From an uncultured Acidobacteriota bacterium (GTDB lineage: Bacteria > Acidobacteriota > Thermoanaerobaculia > UBA5066 > Gp7-AA6): a stretch of DNA of 64,000 nt. The notes beneath the pieces are model-generated. The model made no database searches. It had not been told where the DNA came from and was given only the letters and a program-made list of their open reading frames with translations. Each line of letters begins with the position of its first letter. The stretch's first letter is position 1. Location of the stretch: NCBI GenBank assembly GCA_963775725.1, contig CAVZKA010000001.1:1609468-1673467 (forward strand), given 5' to 3'. A program made the translations under genes and the position numbers. Positions 50,899-63,234 of this stretch are shown piece by piece.

Positions 50899-51777
50899 CT
50901 ACTTCTTCTTCGGCGCCGCGGTGGGGGCCGGCCCCGGGGTCGCGGGCGCGGGCGGAACCGGCGTCGGGAAGACGGGCTTGTCGAAGAGCTTGGCCTCGAC
51001 GCCCGGGTTGATCTTGCACTCCTCGAGGGCGAGGACCTGGTCCTTGCTGCCGTTGCTCATCACCTCGAGGTGGAAGGCGACGGGAAATCCGTCCACGACC
51101 TTGTAGTCGGAGTAGTCGGAGACGATCTTCGCCTCGCCCTGCGGTCCGACGGACGTGTGGGCCGAGCGCAGGATCCGGTACGTGGTGGGATCGAGGTACC
51201 AGCGCACGGAGGCGCCGTCGTAATTGACGTCGAGAATGCGCGCCTCGACGTCGCCGATCTTTTCGGTGCCGGCCGCGGCGACGACGAGCTTTGGATCGTC
51301 CGCCTTCTGGGCGATCAGCAGGGGCACGCGCCGCACCTGCTTGAGCAGCTCGTCCTTCATCCCGGGGGGAAGGTCCTGGACGGCGTTGGGCCCGACGATG
51401 AATGCGCCCGAGGGCGTGGCGACCATGGCCATGCGCCCGAAGGGCGCGTCGAGCTGCTGCGCAATCCGGTCGGGAAAGATCATCGAGGTCTGGACCTCCA
51501 TCGACATGTCGCCCTCCGGCCCCTTGGCCGTGACGAGGCCGCGCGTCTGGACGTCGTGGACCGTGCGCACCTTCGCCGGGCCGCCGAGACCCTCCACGAA
51601 CTTCGCGAAGAGCGCCTTGCCTTCCTTGAGGGACTCGGGCGAGGGCTCGGGCTTCTTCGTGGGCGCGGCGGTCGGAGCCGGAGGAGCCGCCGGCGCCGGC
51701 GCCTGCGCGGCGAGGGGTCCCGCGAGCGCGGCCAGGGCGAGGGCGGCCAGGAGCGGTCGGACGTTGCGGGCGTTCAT
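50899..51777 (-). CDS. Exported hypothetical protein
   Basis: GGAGG RBS, signal peptide, EGLGG...YSDYKVVDG..V...INP, Pro-rich ends. Confidence 0.75.
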   Translation of the reverse strand: MNARNVRPLLAALALAALAGPLAAQAPAPAAPPAPTAAPTKKPEPSPESLKEGKALFAKFVEGLGGPAKVRTVHDVQTRGLVTAKGPEGDMSMEVQTSMIFPDRIAQQLDAPFGRMAMVATPSGAFIVGPNAVQDLPPGMKDELLKQVRRVPLLIAQKADDPKLVVAAAGTEKIGDVEARILDVNYDGASVRWYLDPTTYRILRSAHTSVGPQGEAKIVSDYSDYKVVDGFPVAFHLEVMSNGSKDQVLALEECKINPGVEAKLFDKPVFPTPVPPAPATPGPAPTAAPKKK

Positions 51778-51813
51778 GTTTCCTCCGAGCGCGCAAGCTT
51801 ATATCGAAGTAGC

Positions 51814-53523
51814 ATGCGCGCCGTGCCGAACCGCATCGACTCCCTGCTCGCCCGCCTCGAGCGGGCGCGCCACGTCCGCCCGGGCATGCGCAACGCGGAA
51901 TCCCTCCTGCGGGCCGCCGGCCGCCTCGTGATCGGCGACGCGGAGCGGCTGGTCCGCCTGCACGAGGCGGCCCTCTTCCTGCGCGCCTATCCCCACGGCC
52001 CGGGCGTGCTGAGGCTTTCCGAGCGGATCCTCGACTCCTTCGAGAAGCGCGTGGCGCGGCTGGCCGCGCGCGACGAGGACCTCTCGCTCTTCGACGCGCC
52101 CGAGATCGCCGGTGTCGCGGGCACGCTGCTCGGGACGGATTTCTCCTACGACCTCGCCCGCTGGCTCGTCCGACGCCACCCGAAGAGCGTGCGCGTGGAC
52201 TGGGCCGCGGCCGACGAGGGGGACCGGATGCGGGCCACCTGGCCGGCGTTTCTTCCGCTGCTCGAGGAGGAGGCGCTCGCGGACGCGAACGTGCCGTACC
52301 TCGCGTGGCTGGCCGCGGCGGCCGGAAGGCGCCGGGACGATCTCGGCTGGCTGCTCGATCGCTACGCGCGTCTGCCGGAGGGGGAGGGCGGCCGCGCCGA
52401 GCGCTTCGACTCGCTGGGACTCCCGATCGCGTGGGACCTCGGCGCGGGCCGCGCCTCGCGCACGAAGATGCGGCGGCCCGGGCCCCGGCCCTTCTTTCAC
52501 GACACGCCGCTGCTCGCGCGGCGAGACGTCTCGCTGGACTCGTTGCTGTCCGCGCCGCCCCTGGCCCTGCGGCGCCTCTCTCGCCGCGAGGGAGAGCGGA
52601 TCTGCGACCTGGTTCGCGAGACGACGGCGGCGCGGTATCGCGAGTTCTACACTTTCACCCACGCCGACCCGGCATCGGTCGTCGCGGCGCGCCCGGGGCG
52701 GGGCGTCGAGCTCTTCCTGATGGGTATCCGGCCGGACCGCCGCCTGCCGCTGCGTGCCGCGTACGGCGGATTCGTCGTCAAGAACGGCGTGCCGATCGGG
52801 TACATCGAGGGTCTCGCCTTCTTCGAGCGCCTCGAGATCGGTTTCAACATGTACTACACGTTCCGCGAAGGCGAGTCGGCGTGGATCTACGCGCAGGTGC
52901 TGAAGTTTCACCAGGACGCTCTGGGCGTGACGTCCTTCTCGATCGACCCCTACCAGCTCGGATACGAGAACAAGGAGGCGATCGAGTCGGGCGCATTCTG
53001 GTTCTACCGCAAGCTCGGGTTCCGGCCGACCGACGCCGGCGTGCGCCGCCTGCTCGATCGCGAGGAGCGGCGCATCGCGGCGGATCCGTCGCACCGCTCG
53101 TCGCCGGCCACGCTGCGCCGCCTCGTCACGCACAACCTCCTCTACGAGATCCCGGGGTCGCCGCGGGGCGAGTGGGACCGGTTCCACATTCGCAACCTCG
53201 GCCTCGCCGTGAATCGCCGCATGGAGCGGAGATTCGACGGCGACGCCGCGAAGCTGCGCGCGGCCTCCGAGAAGCGCGTGGCCCGCGTGCTCGGCCTCTC
53301 GCCCGACCGGCTGACGGCACTCGAGCGGGCGGCCTTCCGGGAGTTCGCGCTCGTGCTGGACATGATTCCGGATTTTGGCCGTTGGAACCGCGACGACAGG
53401 AACGGCGTCGTCGAGATCCTCCGGGCCAAGGCGCGCGGCCTCGAGAGCCGCTACCTGCGCCTTCTGCAGCGGCACGCGCCACTGCGCGCGGCGCTCATCC
53501 GCATGGGGTCAGGTCTCTCATAG
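51814..53523 (+). CDS. Hypothetical protein with a GNAT-like C-terminal motif
   Basis: Long ORF with host-like codon usage; DPYQLG...EAIESGAFWFYRKLGFRP. Confidence 0.7.
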   Translation: MRAVPNRIDSLLARLERARHVRPGMRNAESLLRAAGRLVIGDAERLVRLHEAALFLRAYPHGPGVLRLSERILDSFEKRVARLAARDEDLSLFDAPEIAGVAGTLLGTDFSYDLARWLVRRHPKSVRVDWAAADEGDRMRATWPAFLPLLEEEALADANVPYLAWLAAAAGRRRDDLGWLLDRYARLPEGEGGRAERFDSLGLPIAWDLGAGRASRTKMRRPGPRPFFHDTPLLARRDVSLDSLLSAPPLALRRLSRREGERICDLVRETTAARYREFYTFTHADPASVVAARPGRGVELFLMGIRPDRRLPLRAAYGGFVVKNGVPIGYIEGLAFFERLEIGFNMYYTFREGESAWIYAQVLKFHQDALGVTSFSIDPYQLGYENKEAIESGAFWFYRKLGFRPTDAGVRRLLDREERRIAADPSHRSSPATLRRLVTHNLLYEIPGSPRGEWDRFHIRNLGLAVNRRMERRFDGDAAKLRAASEKRVARVLGLSPDRLTALERAAFREFALVLDMIPDFGRWNRDDRNGVVEILRAKARGLESRYLRLLQRHAPLRAALIRMGSGLS

Positions 53524-53578
53524 TGTGAGTTTTCTCGGCTGGACCTGAGAAAAGTCACATCTTGAGAGACCTGACCCC
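53505..53578. repeat. 74-bp palindromic MITE/REP-like element overlapping two convergent stop codons
   Basis: Perfect 16-bp inverted repeat GGGGTCAGGTCTCTCA / TGAGAGACCTGACCCC plus an inner imperfect stem TGTGAGTTTTCTC / GAGAAAAGTCACA. Confidence 0.75.
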
Positions 53579-54574
53579 GTTACGGGCGGCGACGATCTGG
53601 GCCAGGATCGCGAGCGCAATTTCTTCCGGCGAGCGGCCCCCGAGGTCCAGGCCGATCGGCGCGTGCAGCTTCGCGAGGGCGACCTCGCCGACGCCCGCGG
53701 CCAGCAGGCGCGCGCGCCGCTTCTCCTGCGTGCGCGTGCTGCCGAGCGCGCCGACGTAGAAGGCGGGGCTGGCCAGGGCGGCAAGGATCGCGGGGTCGTC
53801 GAGCTTCGGATCATGCGCCAGCACCGCCACCGCCGTGCCCGCATTCAACGCCAGCCGAGCGAGCGCCTCGTCGGGCCACGCCGACACGATCTCGTCGACG
53901 TGCGGGAAACGCCTGACGCTGGCGAACGTCTCTCTCGGGTCCACGAGGACGGTCCGGTAGCCGAGCTCTTTCGCCAGCCGGACCAGGGCTATGGCGATGT
54001 GGACGCCGCCGACGACGATCAGTCGCGGCGATGGCATCAGCACGTCCACGAAAAGCTCGCCGTCGCCATGCGGCAGCCGGCGGCTGCGGCCCTCGGCAAG
54101 AGCGGCGCGCGCCTTCTCGAGCGCGTCGTCGTCGATGGCCCCCGCCGTCGAGCCGTCGGCCAGCACGGCGAGCTTTCGGCCGACCTGCGATCCGGCGATC
54201 ACCGTGGCGACCGCGACGGGTTCTTCTGCGGCAAGCGCGTCGCGCACCGGAAGGTAAGTGGTGTCGTTCAGCGGCTCGACGAAGACCTCGATCGCGCCCC
54301 CGCACGCCAGTCCCACGCTCCACGCGGTGTCGTCGGCGACGCCGAACTCGAGCAGCCGCGGCGTGCCGTTCGCGAGGACCTCGCTGGCGGCTTCGACGAC
54401 CGCGCCCTCGACGCACCCGCCGCTGACGGATCCGACGATGCGCAGGTCCAACGTGACCGCCATCTTGCCGCCGATGGTCCGCGGGGCGGAGCCCCACGTC
54501 GCGACGACCGTGGCGAGCGCAACGGGCTTTCCCTCGGCGCGCCAGCGCTCGACCTCCACCAGAATGTCTCTCAC
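53555..54574 (-). CDS. xdhC: XdhC/CoxI-family molybdoenzyme maturation factor
   Basis: TWGSAPR, GSVSGGCVE, GLACGG, HDPKLD, YVGALGS, PIGLDLG..SPEEIA. Confidence 0.92.
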   Translation of the reverse strand: MRDILVEVERWRAEGKPVALATVVATWGSAPRTIGGKMAVTLDLRIVGSVSGGCVEGAVVEAASEVLANGTPRLLEFGVADDTAWSVGLACGGAIEVFVEPLNDTTYLPVRDALAAEEPVAVATVIAGSQVGRKLAVLADGSTAGAIDDDALEKARAALAEGRSRRLPHGDGELFVDVLMPSPRLIVVGGVHIAIALVRLAKELGYRTVLVDPRETFASVRRFPHVDEIVSAWPDEALARLALNAGTAVAVLAHDPKLDDPAILAALASPAFYVGALGSTRTQEKRRARLLAAGVGEVALAKLHAPIGLDLGGRSPEEIALAILAQIVAARNGVRSLKM

Positions 54575-55782
54575 GCGGCCCCTCCGCCGGCGGCGCGGGG
54601 CCGTGTCTGCTGCCGGCGCGCGGGCCGGTCGGCGGGCAGTTCTTCGAGGCGACGGCCGAGCGCTTCCAGGCTCGCGAGGCTGTGGACCGGAAGGAAGTCG
54701 TCCACGAACGGTAAGGCCGCCCGCATCCCGCGCGCGAGCGGCTCGTAGTCGGGGGCGCCGAGCAGGGGATTGAGCCAGATCAGGCGGTAGGCGCTTCTCT
54801 GCAGGCGCGCCATCTCGGTCCGAAGGGTGTCGGGGTCGCCGCGGTCCCAGCCGTCGCTGATGAACAGCACGACAGCCCCCTGCCCGAGCACGCGCCGGGC
54901 CCAGCGCAGGTTGAATTCGCGCAGCGTCTCGCCGATCCGCGTTCCTCCGGACCAGTCGGCGACGGTCTTCGCGATCCGATCGAGGGCCTCGGCAGGGTCG
55001 CGGTCCTCGAGCTCGCGGGTGACGCGCGTCAGGCGGGTTCCGAAGAGGAATCCCTCGACCCTTCGCCCGAGACCGCGCGTGAGCGAATACAGGAAGAGCA
55101 GCAGCAGGCGCGTGTAGCGTTCCATCGAGCCGCTGATGTCGGCGAGGACGACGATCGGGCGCGGCCTGGTGCGCGGCCCGCGGCGGGACCAGTCGAGGAT
55201 TTCGCCTCCGCGCGGCAGGCTGCGGCGCAGCGTCCGCCGCAGGTCGACCGTGTTCCCGTCGCCCGGGCGCAGCCGGCGCGTGCGCCGCCCGGCGAGCCTG
55301 CAGGCCAGATCGCGGATCGCTCGCTGCACCTTTTCGAGCTCGTCGCCCGTGAGCTCGCCGAAATCCTTGTGGCGCAGCAGTTCCTGCGCGCTCCAGGTCA
55401 GCGTGAGATGAAGCAGTGGCGGCGGCTCTTCGCCCCGCGCGTCGTCGCCCTCGGGAGCGGGCAGCGCGCCGGGCGGAGGCGCGGACGTGAACGCGGGGCG
55501 CCGCAGCTTGCGGCGCTCGCCCAGCGAGCGCAGGTCGAGCGCGGTCGAGCCCTCGGCGGGCTTTCGCCAGAATACCTCGAAGGCCTCGTCGAAGCGGGAG
55601 ATCTCGTCGCGGCGGCGCACGCAGAGGGCGCGCGCCGCGTTGCGGAAGTCGGTGCGCGATCCGACCGGCACGTGGTCGAGGGCGGCCACGAGGTCGAGCA
55701 TCCGGTCGGGGCCCGCGTCGAGGCCGAGGCCGCGCAGGACACGCCCGAAGGCGAGGACGTTGGCGAGGAGTTGCCCCGTCAT
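54571..55782 (-). CDS. coxE: CoxE-like vWA-domain protein
   Basis: DISGSMERY, FGTRLT, WSGGTRIG, SDGWDRG, WLNPL. Confidence 0.9.
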   Translation of the reverse strand: MTGQLLANVLAFGRVLRGLGLDAGPDRMLDLVAALDHVPVGSRTDFRNAARALCVRRRDEISRFDEAFEVFWRKPAEGSTALDLRSLGERRKLRRPAFTSAPPPGALPAPEGDDARGEEPPPLLHLTLTWSAQELLRHKDFGELTGDELEKVQRAIRDLACRLAGRRTRRLRPGDGNTVDLRRTLRRSLPRGGEILDWSRRGPRTRPRPIVVLADISGSMERYTRLLLLFLYSLTRGLGRRVEGFLFGTRLTRVTRELEDRDPAEALDRIAKTVADWSGGTRIGETLREFNLRWARRVLGQGAVVLFISDGWDRGDPDTLRTEMARLQRSAYRLIWLNPLLGAPDYEPLARGMRAALPFVDDFLPVHSLASLEALGRRLEELPADRPARRQQTRPRAAGGGAA

Positions 55783-56723
55783 CCGGCGGCCCGGACGCGG
55801 TCCACGATCGCGCGCGCCGTTTCGCCTCGCACCTTCTCGACGTCGTCCTGGTACTTGAGGAGGATCCCGAGGGTGTCGCCGACGATGTCGGCGTCGAGCG
55901 CGCGCCGGTCGAGCGCGACGAGGGCGGCGGCCCAGTCGAGCGTCTCGGCGATCCCGGGTAGCTTGTAGAGCTCGGCCGCGCGCAGCTCCTGGACGAACCG
56001 CGCCACTTCGCGCGAGAGCTTCTCGGAGGCGCCGGGGACCTTGGCGCGCACGATCGCGAGCTCCTCCTCGAAGGAGGGGTAGTCGATCCAGCAGTAGAGG
56101 CAACGGCGCTTCAGGGCGTCGTGCACTTCTCGGGTGCGGTTGGAGGTGACGACGACGACCGGGGGGTGCGTGGCCTTGATCGTGCCGACCTCGGGGATCG
56201 TGACCTGGAAGTCCGAGAGGACCTCGAGCAGGTACGCCTCGAACTCGGCGTCGGCGCGGTCGACCTCGTCGACGAGCAGCACCGGGGCCTTCGTGCGGAC
56301 GGGGTCGATCGCCTGGAGCAGCGGCCGCTGTTCGAGGAAGTCCGGGCTGAAGAGCTCGCGCTCGGGCGGTGTCTCGTCGCGCGACTCGAGCAGGCGGATG
56401 TGCATCATCTGCCGGGCATAGTTCCACTCGTAGACGGCGTGGTGGACGTCGAGTCCCTCGTAGCACTGCAGGCGGATGAGCTCCGTGTCGAGGATCGCGG
56501 CGAGGACCTTGGCGACTTCCGTCTTTCCGGTGCCGGCCTCGCCTTCGAGGAAGAGCGGACGTCCGAGCTTGAGCGCAAGGAAGATCGCGGTGCTCAGCCC
56601 GCGGGGCGCAAAATAGTTGCGCTCGCGCAGCGCGGCATCGAGCGCCTCGATGGAGGCGAAGGGGCTCGGGCCGGGCCCGCCGGGGCTAGGCCCGCGCGTG
56701 CTCGACGGCGGCCGTGAGGGCAC
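55779..56723 (-). CDS. coxD: CoxD-like MoxR AAA+ ATPase (start uncertain)
   Basis: LEGEAGTGKT, RLQCYEG, DEVDRAD, TSNRTREVHDALKRRC. Confidence 0.9.
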   Translation of the reverse strand: MPSRPPSSTRGPSPGGPGPSPFASIEALDAALRERNYFAPRGLSTAIFLALKLGRPLFLEGEAGTGKTEVAKVLAAILDTELIRLQCYEGLDVHHAVYEWNYARQMMHIRLLESRDETPPERELFSPDFLEQRPLLQAIDPVRTKAPVLLVDEVDRADAEFEAYLLEVLSDFQVTIPEVGTIKATHPPVVVVTSNRTREVHDALKRRCLYCWIDYPSFEEELAIVRAKVPGASEKLSREVARFVQELRAAELYKLPGIAETLDWAAALVALDRRALDADIVGDTLGILLKYQDDVEKVRGETARAIVDRVRAAG

Positions 56724-57555
56724 GTTTGGCGAGGACGGTGGCGAGGTGAACGCGGAATTCTCCGGAGGCGTAGGTGTCTCCCATCGGGTCGGGGATCGCG
56801 GCGGCGATCTCGGCCGCGGCCTTCGCGATCGCCGCCGCGTCCGGCTTGCGGCCGACGAGCGCCGCGCCGGCCGCGGCGACCGGGACCGGATTGGCCGTGG
56901 CGCCGCCGATGACCAGCTCGGCGCGCACGCAGGTACCGTCCTTGCCCACTTCCACGACCGCGGCAGCGGCGGCCACCGCGTAGCGGGAGGCCGGGTGCGG
57001 GTGTTTGAGGTAGGAGGCGCCCGTGCCGCGCCCGTACGGAGCGACGAGGATCCCGATGACGATCTCGCCGGCCTTCAGCGCGGTCGTGAAGAGATCCACG
57101 AAGAACTCTTCCGCCGGGATCTTGCGCTCGCCCTTCGGCCCCCGCGCAACGATCGTGGCGCCGAGCGCGACGAGCGCGGTCGGAAAGTCGGCGGCCGGAT
57201 CGGCGTGGGCGATGGACCCGCCGATCGTGCCGCGGTTGCGCACCTGGAGGTCTCCGATCTGCGCGGCCGTCTCGGCGAGCATCGGGCAAGTCTTGCGCAG
57301 GATGGGGGAGGAGGCGACCTCGGTGTGCGTCGTCGTCGCGCCGATCCAGATCGCCTTGCCGCGGGTCTGGACGCCGCAGAGGCCCTTGATCCCGCCGATG
57401 TCGACGAGCGCCTTCGGGTTGGCGAGGCGGAACTTCATGGCCGGCAGCAGGCTGTGTCCGCCCGCGATCAGGCGCGAGCCCTTGTGCTTCTTCAGCAGCG
57501 CCGACGCCTCGGCGACCGTGCGCGGGCGGAAGTAGGCGAAGTGGTCGGAGTACAT
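56686..57555 (-). CDS. coxM: CoxM/CutM FAD-binding subunit
   Basis: IAGGHSLLP, QVRNRGTIGGS, ADPAAD. Confidence 0.92.
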   Translation of the reverse strand: MYSDHFAYFRPRTVAEASALLKKHKGSRLIAGGHSLLPAMKFRLANPKALVDIGGIKGLCGVQTRGKAIWIGATTTHTEVASSPILRKTCPMLAETAAQIGDLQVRNRGTIGGSIAHADPAADFPTALVALGATIVARGPKGERKIPAEEFFVDLFTTALKAGEIVIGILVAPYGRGTGASYLKHPHPASRYAVAAAAAVVEVGKDGTCVRAELVIGGATANPVPVAAAGAALVGRKPDAAAIAKAAAEIAAAIPDPMGDTYASGEFRVHLATVLAKRALTAAVEHARA

Positions 57556-57559
57556 GGCG

Positions 57560-59911
<2,352 letters not shown>

Positions 59912-59920
59912 GGCCGCCCC

Positions 59921-60391
<471 letters not shown>

Positions 60392-60454
60392 GCGGCCTCC
60401 GATTTGCCGATGTGCGATCGGGCCCGCGGAGTATACCAACCGGAGCCGGGCGGC

Positions 60455-60901
60455 CTATTTTCTTTCGATCTCCTTGCGCACCGAGTCGAAGAATGCGGCG
60501 GTGAGCTTCTTCGTCACGCTGCCCATCAGGCGCGCCGCGAGGCTCGCGATGGTGCCGACGACGTTGACGTCGGCCGTCCACGCGAGGTCCGTCGCGCCGC
60601 CTTGACCGTCGGTCAGCGCCATGGACGTCGTCGCGTCGACGCCGGAGCCCGGCGCCGTCCCGTGTGCTTTCATCTGCGCGCGGTTGGGCGGATCGAGGTC
60701 GACCCACTCGACGTCGTTGACGAAGCGCACCTTCACGGAACCGAAGCCGATCGACGTCGTCGCCCGGAACTTCCTGCCCGGCTCGACGATCTCGAGCGAT
60801 TCGAGCCCGGGCGCGGACCTGGAGACTTTCTCGGGATCCGTCAGGTAGTCCCACACCTTCGCGCGGGGAGCCTGGATGGAGAGGTTGCCTTCGAAATGCA
60901 C
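60455..60901 (-). CDS. coxG: CoxG / SRPBCC-family protein
   Basis: APRAKVWDYLTDP...PG...GTIASL...FF; first gene of the cox cluster. Confidence 0.85.
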   Translation of the reverse strand: MHFEGNLSIQAPRAKVWDYLTDPEKVSRSAPGLESLEIVEPGRKFRATTSIGFGSVKVRFVNDVEWVDLDPPNRAQMKAHGTAPGSGVDATTSMALTDGQGGATDLAWTADVNVVGTIASLAARLMGSVTKKLTAAFFDSVRKEIERK

Positions 60902-60913
60902 CGGCTCTCCGGG

Positions 60914-60949
60914 CTAGTACGCGACCAGGGCGCGGGCCGCCCGGCAAAC
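60914..60949 (-). repeat. 36-bp direct duplicate of the E1-beta 3' end (61006-61041)
   Basis: Both copies encode VCRAARALVAY*; 32 of 36 identical, all four differences synonymous. Confidence 0.9.
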
Positions 60950-61005
60950 GAGTGGGCGGCCGCTCGACGCGGCCGAACGGGAGCAAAGAGCGAGTGTGGC
61001 CTGCA

Positions 61006-62031
61006 TTAATACGCCACCAGGGCGCGTGCCGCCCGGCAAACCTTCTCGGGATTGGGCAGGAAGAACTCCTCGAGCGGCGGCGAGTAGGGGACGGGCGTGT
61101 CGGGCGCGGTGACGCGCACGAGCGGCCCGTCGAGGTATTCGAAACAGCGCTCGGACAGTACCGCCGCGATCTCGGCGCCGATGCCGCCCGTGCGGGTGGC
61201 CTCGTGGAGCAGGATGGCCTTGTTCGTCTTCGCGACGGATTCGAGGACGGTCTGCTCGTCCATCGGGAACAGCGTGCGCAGGTCCACGACTTCCGCGTCG
61301 ATCCCCTCGGCCTCGAGCGTCTTCGCCGCCTCGAGCGCGGTCCACATCATTGCGCCGTAGGTGATGATAGAGAGGTCCCGGCCCGGCCGGCGCACGATGG
61401 CCTTGCCGATCGGCACGACGTAGTCCTCCGTCGGCAGTTCTTCCTTGATGCGGCGGTAGAGAAACTTGTGCTCGAAGAAGAGGACGGGGTCGTCGTCGCG
61501 GATCGCGGCCTTGATGAGGCCCTTCGCGTCGTACGCCGTCGCCGGCTGCACGACTTTCAGGCCTGGCGTGTGCGCGAAGTACGCCTCCGGGTTCTGGGAG
61601 TGAAAGGGGCCGCCGTGGACGCCGCCGCCGGACGGGCCGCGGATGACGAGCGGCACGCCGACGCCCGTGCGGTAGCGCGACTTGGCGGCGAAGTTGGTGA
61701 TCATGTCGAAGGCGCACGAGATGAAGTCGATGAACTGCATCTCGGCGACGGGCCGCATGCCCATCATCGCGGCGCCGACGGCGGCGCCCACGATCGCGGT
61801 CTCGGCGATGGGCGTGTCGATCACGCGTTGCTCGCCGAACTCGGCGATCAGGCCGTCGGTGACCTTGAAGGCGCCGCCATACACGCCGATGTCCTCGCCG
61901 AGGAGGAAGACGCGCCCGTCCCGGAGCATCTCCTCGCGAATCCCCTCGCGGATGGCATCGACGTACGTCGTCTGGCCCTTGACGGCCGGCGTTCCCGTGT
62001 CCGTGCCGCCGAAGTGGGGTGCGCTGCTCAC
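61006..62031 (-). CDS. 2-oxoacid dehydrogenase E1 beta subunit
   Basis: GEDIGVYGGAF, DTPIAE, EMQFIDF, GPFHSQ, FFEHK, DLRTL. Confidence 0.94.
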   Translation of the reverse strand: MSSAPHFGGTDTGTPAVKGQTTYVDAIREGIREEMLRDGRVFLLGEDIGVYGGAFKVTDGLIAEFGEQRVIDTPIAETAIVGAAVGAAMMGMRPVAEMQFIDFISCAFDMITNFAAKSRYRTGVGVPLVIRGPSGGGVHGGPFHSQNPEAYFAHTPGLKVVQPATAYDAKGLIKAAIRDDDPVLFFEHKFLYRRIKEELPTEDYVVPIGKAIVRRPGRDLSIITYGAMMWTALEAAKTLEAEGIDAEVVDLRTLFPMDEQTVLESVAKTNKAILLHEATRTGGIGAEIAAVLSERCFEYLDGPLVRVTAPDTPVPYSPPLEEFFLPNPEKVCRAARALVAY

Positions 62032-63035
62032 GGGTTTCTCCGCACGACGGCGGCCTCGCCGTCCGGGATTCCGGCGGCGTAGACGTTCTTGAGCGCGTCC
62101 TCGGGCGAGGGGAGCGGGCTCCTCTCGGCGGCCTCCACCTCGCGGTCGATCTCGTGGGAGACGGCGCGGTCGATCGCGGCGAGTTCCTCGGCCCCGGCCG
62201 CGGCCGAAGCGACCAGCTCCCGCGCGAACCGGTCGAGCGGATCGCGCCGGCGCCACTGCTCGAGCTCTTCCTTCGGGACGTACGCCTGCGCGTCGTGTTC
62301 CGCATGGCCCTTCATCCGGTACGTCATCGCCTCGATGAGGGTCGGGCCGCCGCCTGCGCGGGCGCGGTCCACGGCCCGCCGGGCCGCGCCGTGCACGGCG
62401 AGCACGTCGTTGCCGTCCACTTGCTCGCCGGGGATCCCGTAAGCGATCGCCTTGTCCACGAGATTCTTCGACGCGGTCTGCTTCTTGAACGGCGTCGAGT
62501 ATGCCCAGCCGTTGTTCTCGGCCACGACGACGAGGGGCAGCGTCTGCACGGCGGCGAAGTTCAGACCTTCGTGGAAGGCGCCCGTCGACGTGCCGCCGTC
62601 GCCGATCCACGTCATGGCGACGAGGTCCTTCTTCTGCATCCGTCCCGCGAGCGCGATGCCGGCCATGACCGGGATGAGGGCGCCGAGCATGGAGATCGGC
62701 GAAATTACGCCGCGATCGGGGTTTCCGAAGTGCAGGTTGCAGTCCTTGCCGCCGGAGGGCGAGGTGCCGCGCGCCATGTACTGCGTCATGACGTCGCGCG
62801 CCGAGTAACCCATCACCAGGACGACGCCGAGGTTGCGGATGAGCGGCCCGACGATGTCGCCCTTCCTGAGTGCGTAGGCCGATCCGACGGACGTCGCCTC
62901 CTGGCCGAGCGAGCGGTAGAGGCCGCCGACGACCTTGCCCTGGCGGTAGAGGTTCACGAGCCTCTCCTCGACGACGCGGTTCAACCGCATGTACCGGTAG
63001 AGCTCGAGTTTCTGTTCGCGGGTCAGGTCGGTCAC
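62028..63035 (-). CDS. 2-oxoacid dehydrogenase E1 alpha subunit
   Basis: [19 protein letters not shown]...NN TPP-binding motif, TYRMKGH, DPL. Confidence 0.94.
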   Translation of the reverse strand: MTDLTREQKLELYRYMRLNRVVEERLVNLYRQGKVVGGLYRSLGQEATSVGSAYALRKGDIVGPLIRNLGVVLVMGYSARDVMTQYMARGTSPSGGKDCNLHFGNPDRGVISPISMLGALIPVMAGIALAGRMQKKDLVAMTWIGDGGTSTGAFHEGLNFAAVQTLPLVVVAENNGWAYSTPFKKQTASKNLVDKAIAYGIPGEQVDGNDVLAVHGAARRAVDRARAGGGPTLIEAMTYRMKGHAEHDAQAYVPKEELEQWRRRDPLDRFARELVASAAAGAEELAAIDRAVSHEIDREVEAAERSPLPSPEDALKNVYAAGIPDGEAAVVRRNP

Positions 63036-63234
63036 GGCGACTCCGGGCCGGAGTTTATACGAGCCGGGCGGTTCCGGGATCCACCCCGAGCCGCCGGCGC
63101 CGGCCTGCGAAGGCCGTGCTCCATGTTCGGAATTCTCGCCGTCTTCGGGCTGCTCGCACTGCGGCCGACGGCGCCCGCGGAGCGCATCCGGTGGGGCCCT
63201 GCCCGCCCGGGCGCGCCCGGCGTATCATTTGGAC

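Noticed and set aside
63036-63234. Cobalamin riboswitch upstream of the mutase
   Set aside because: No recognisable B12-box or conserved core by eye, and a -10-like TATCAT lies 6 nt before the ATG. An Infernal search would settle it.
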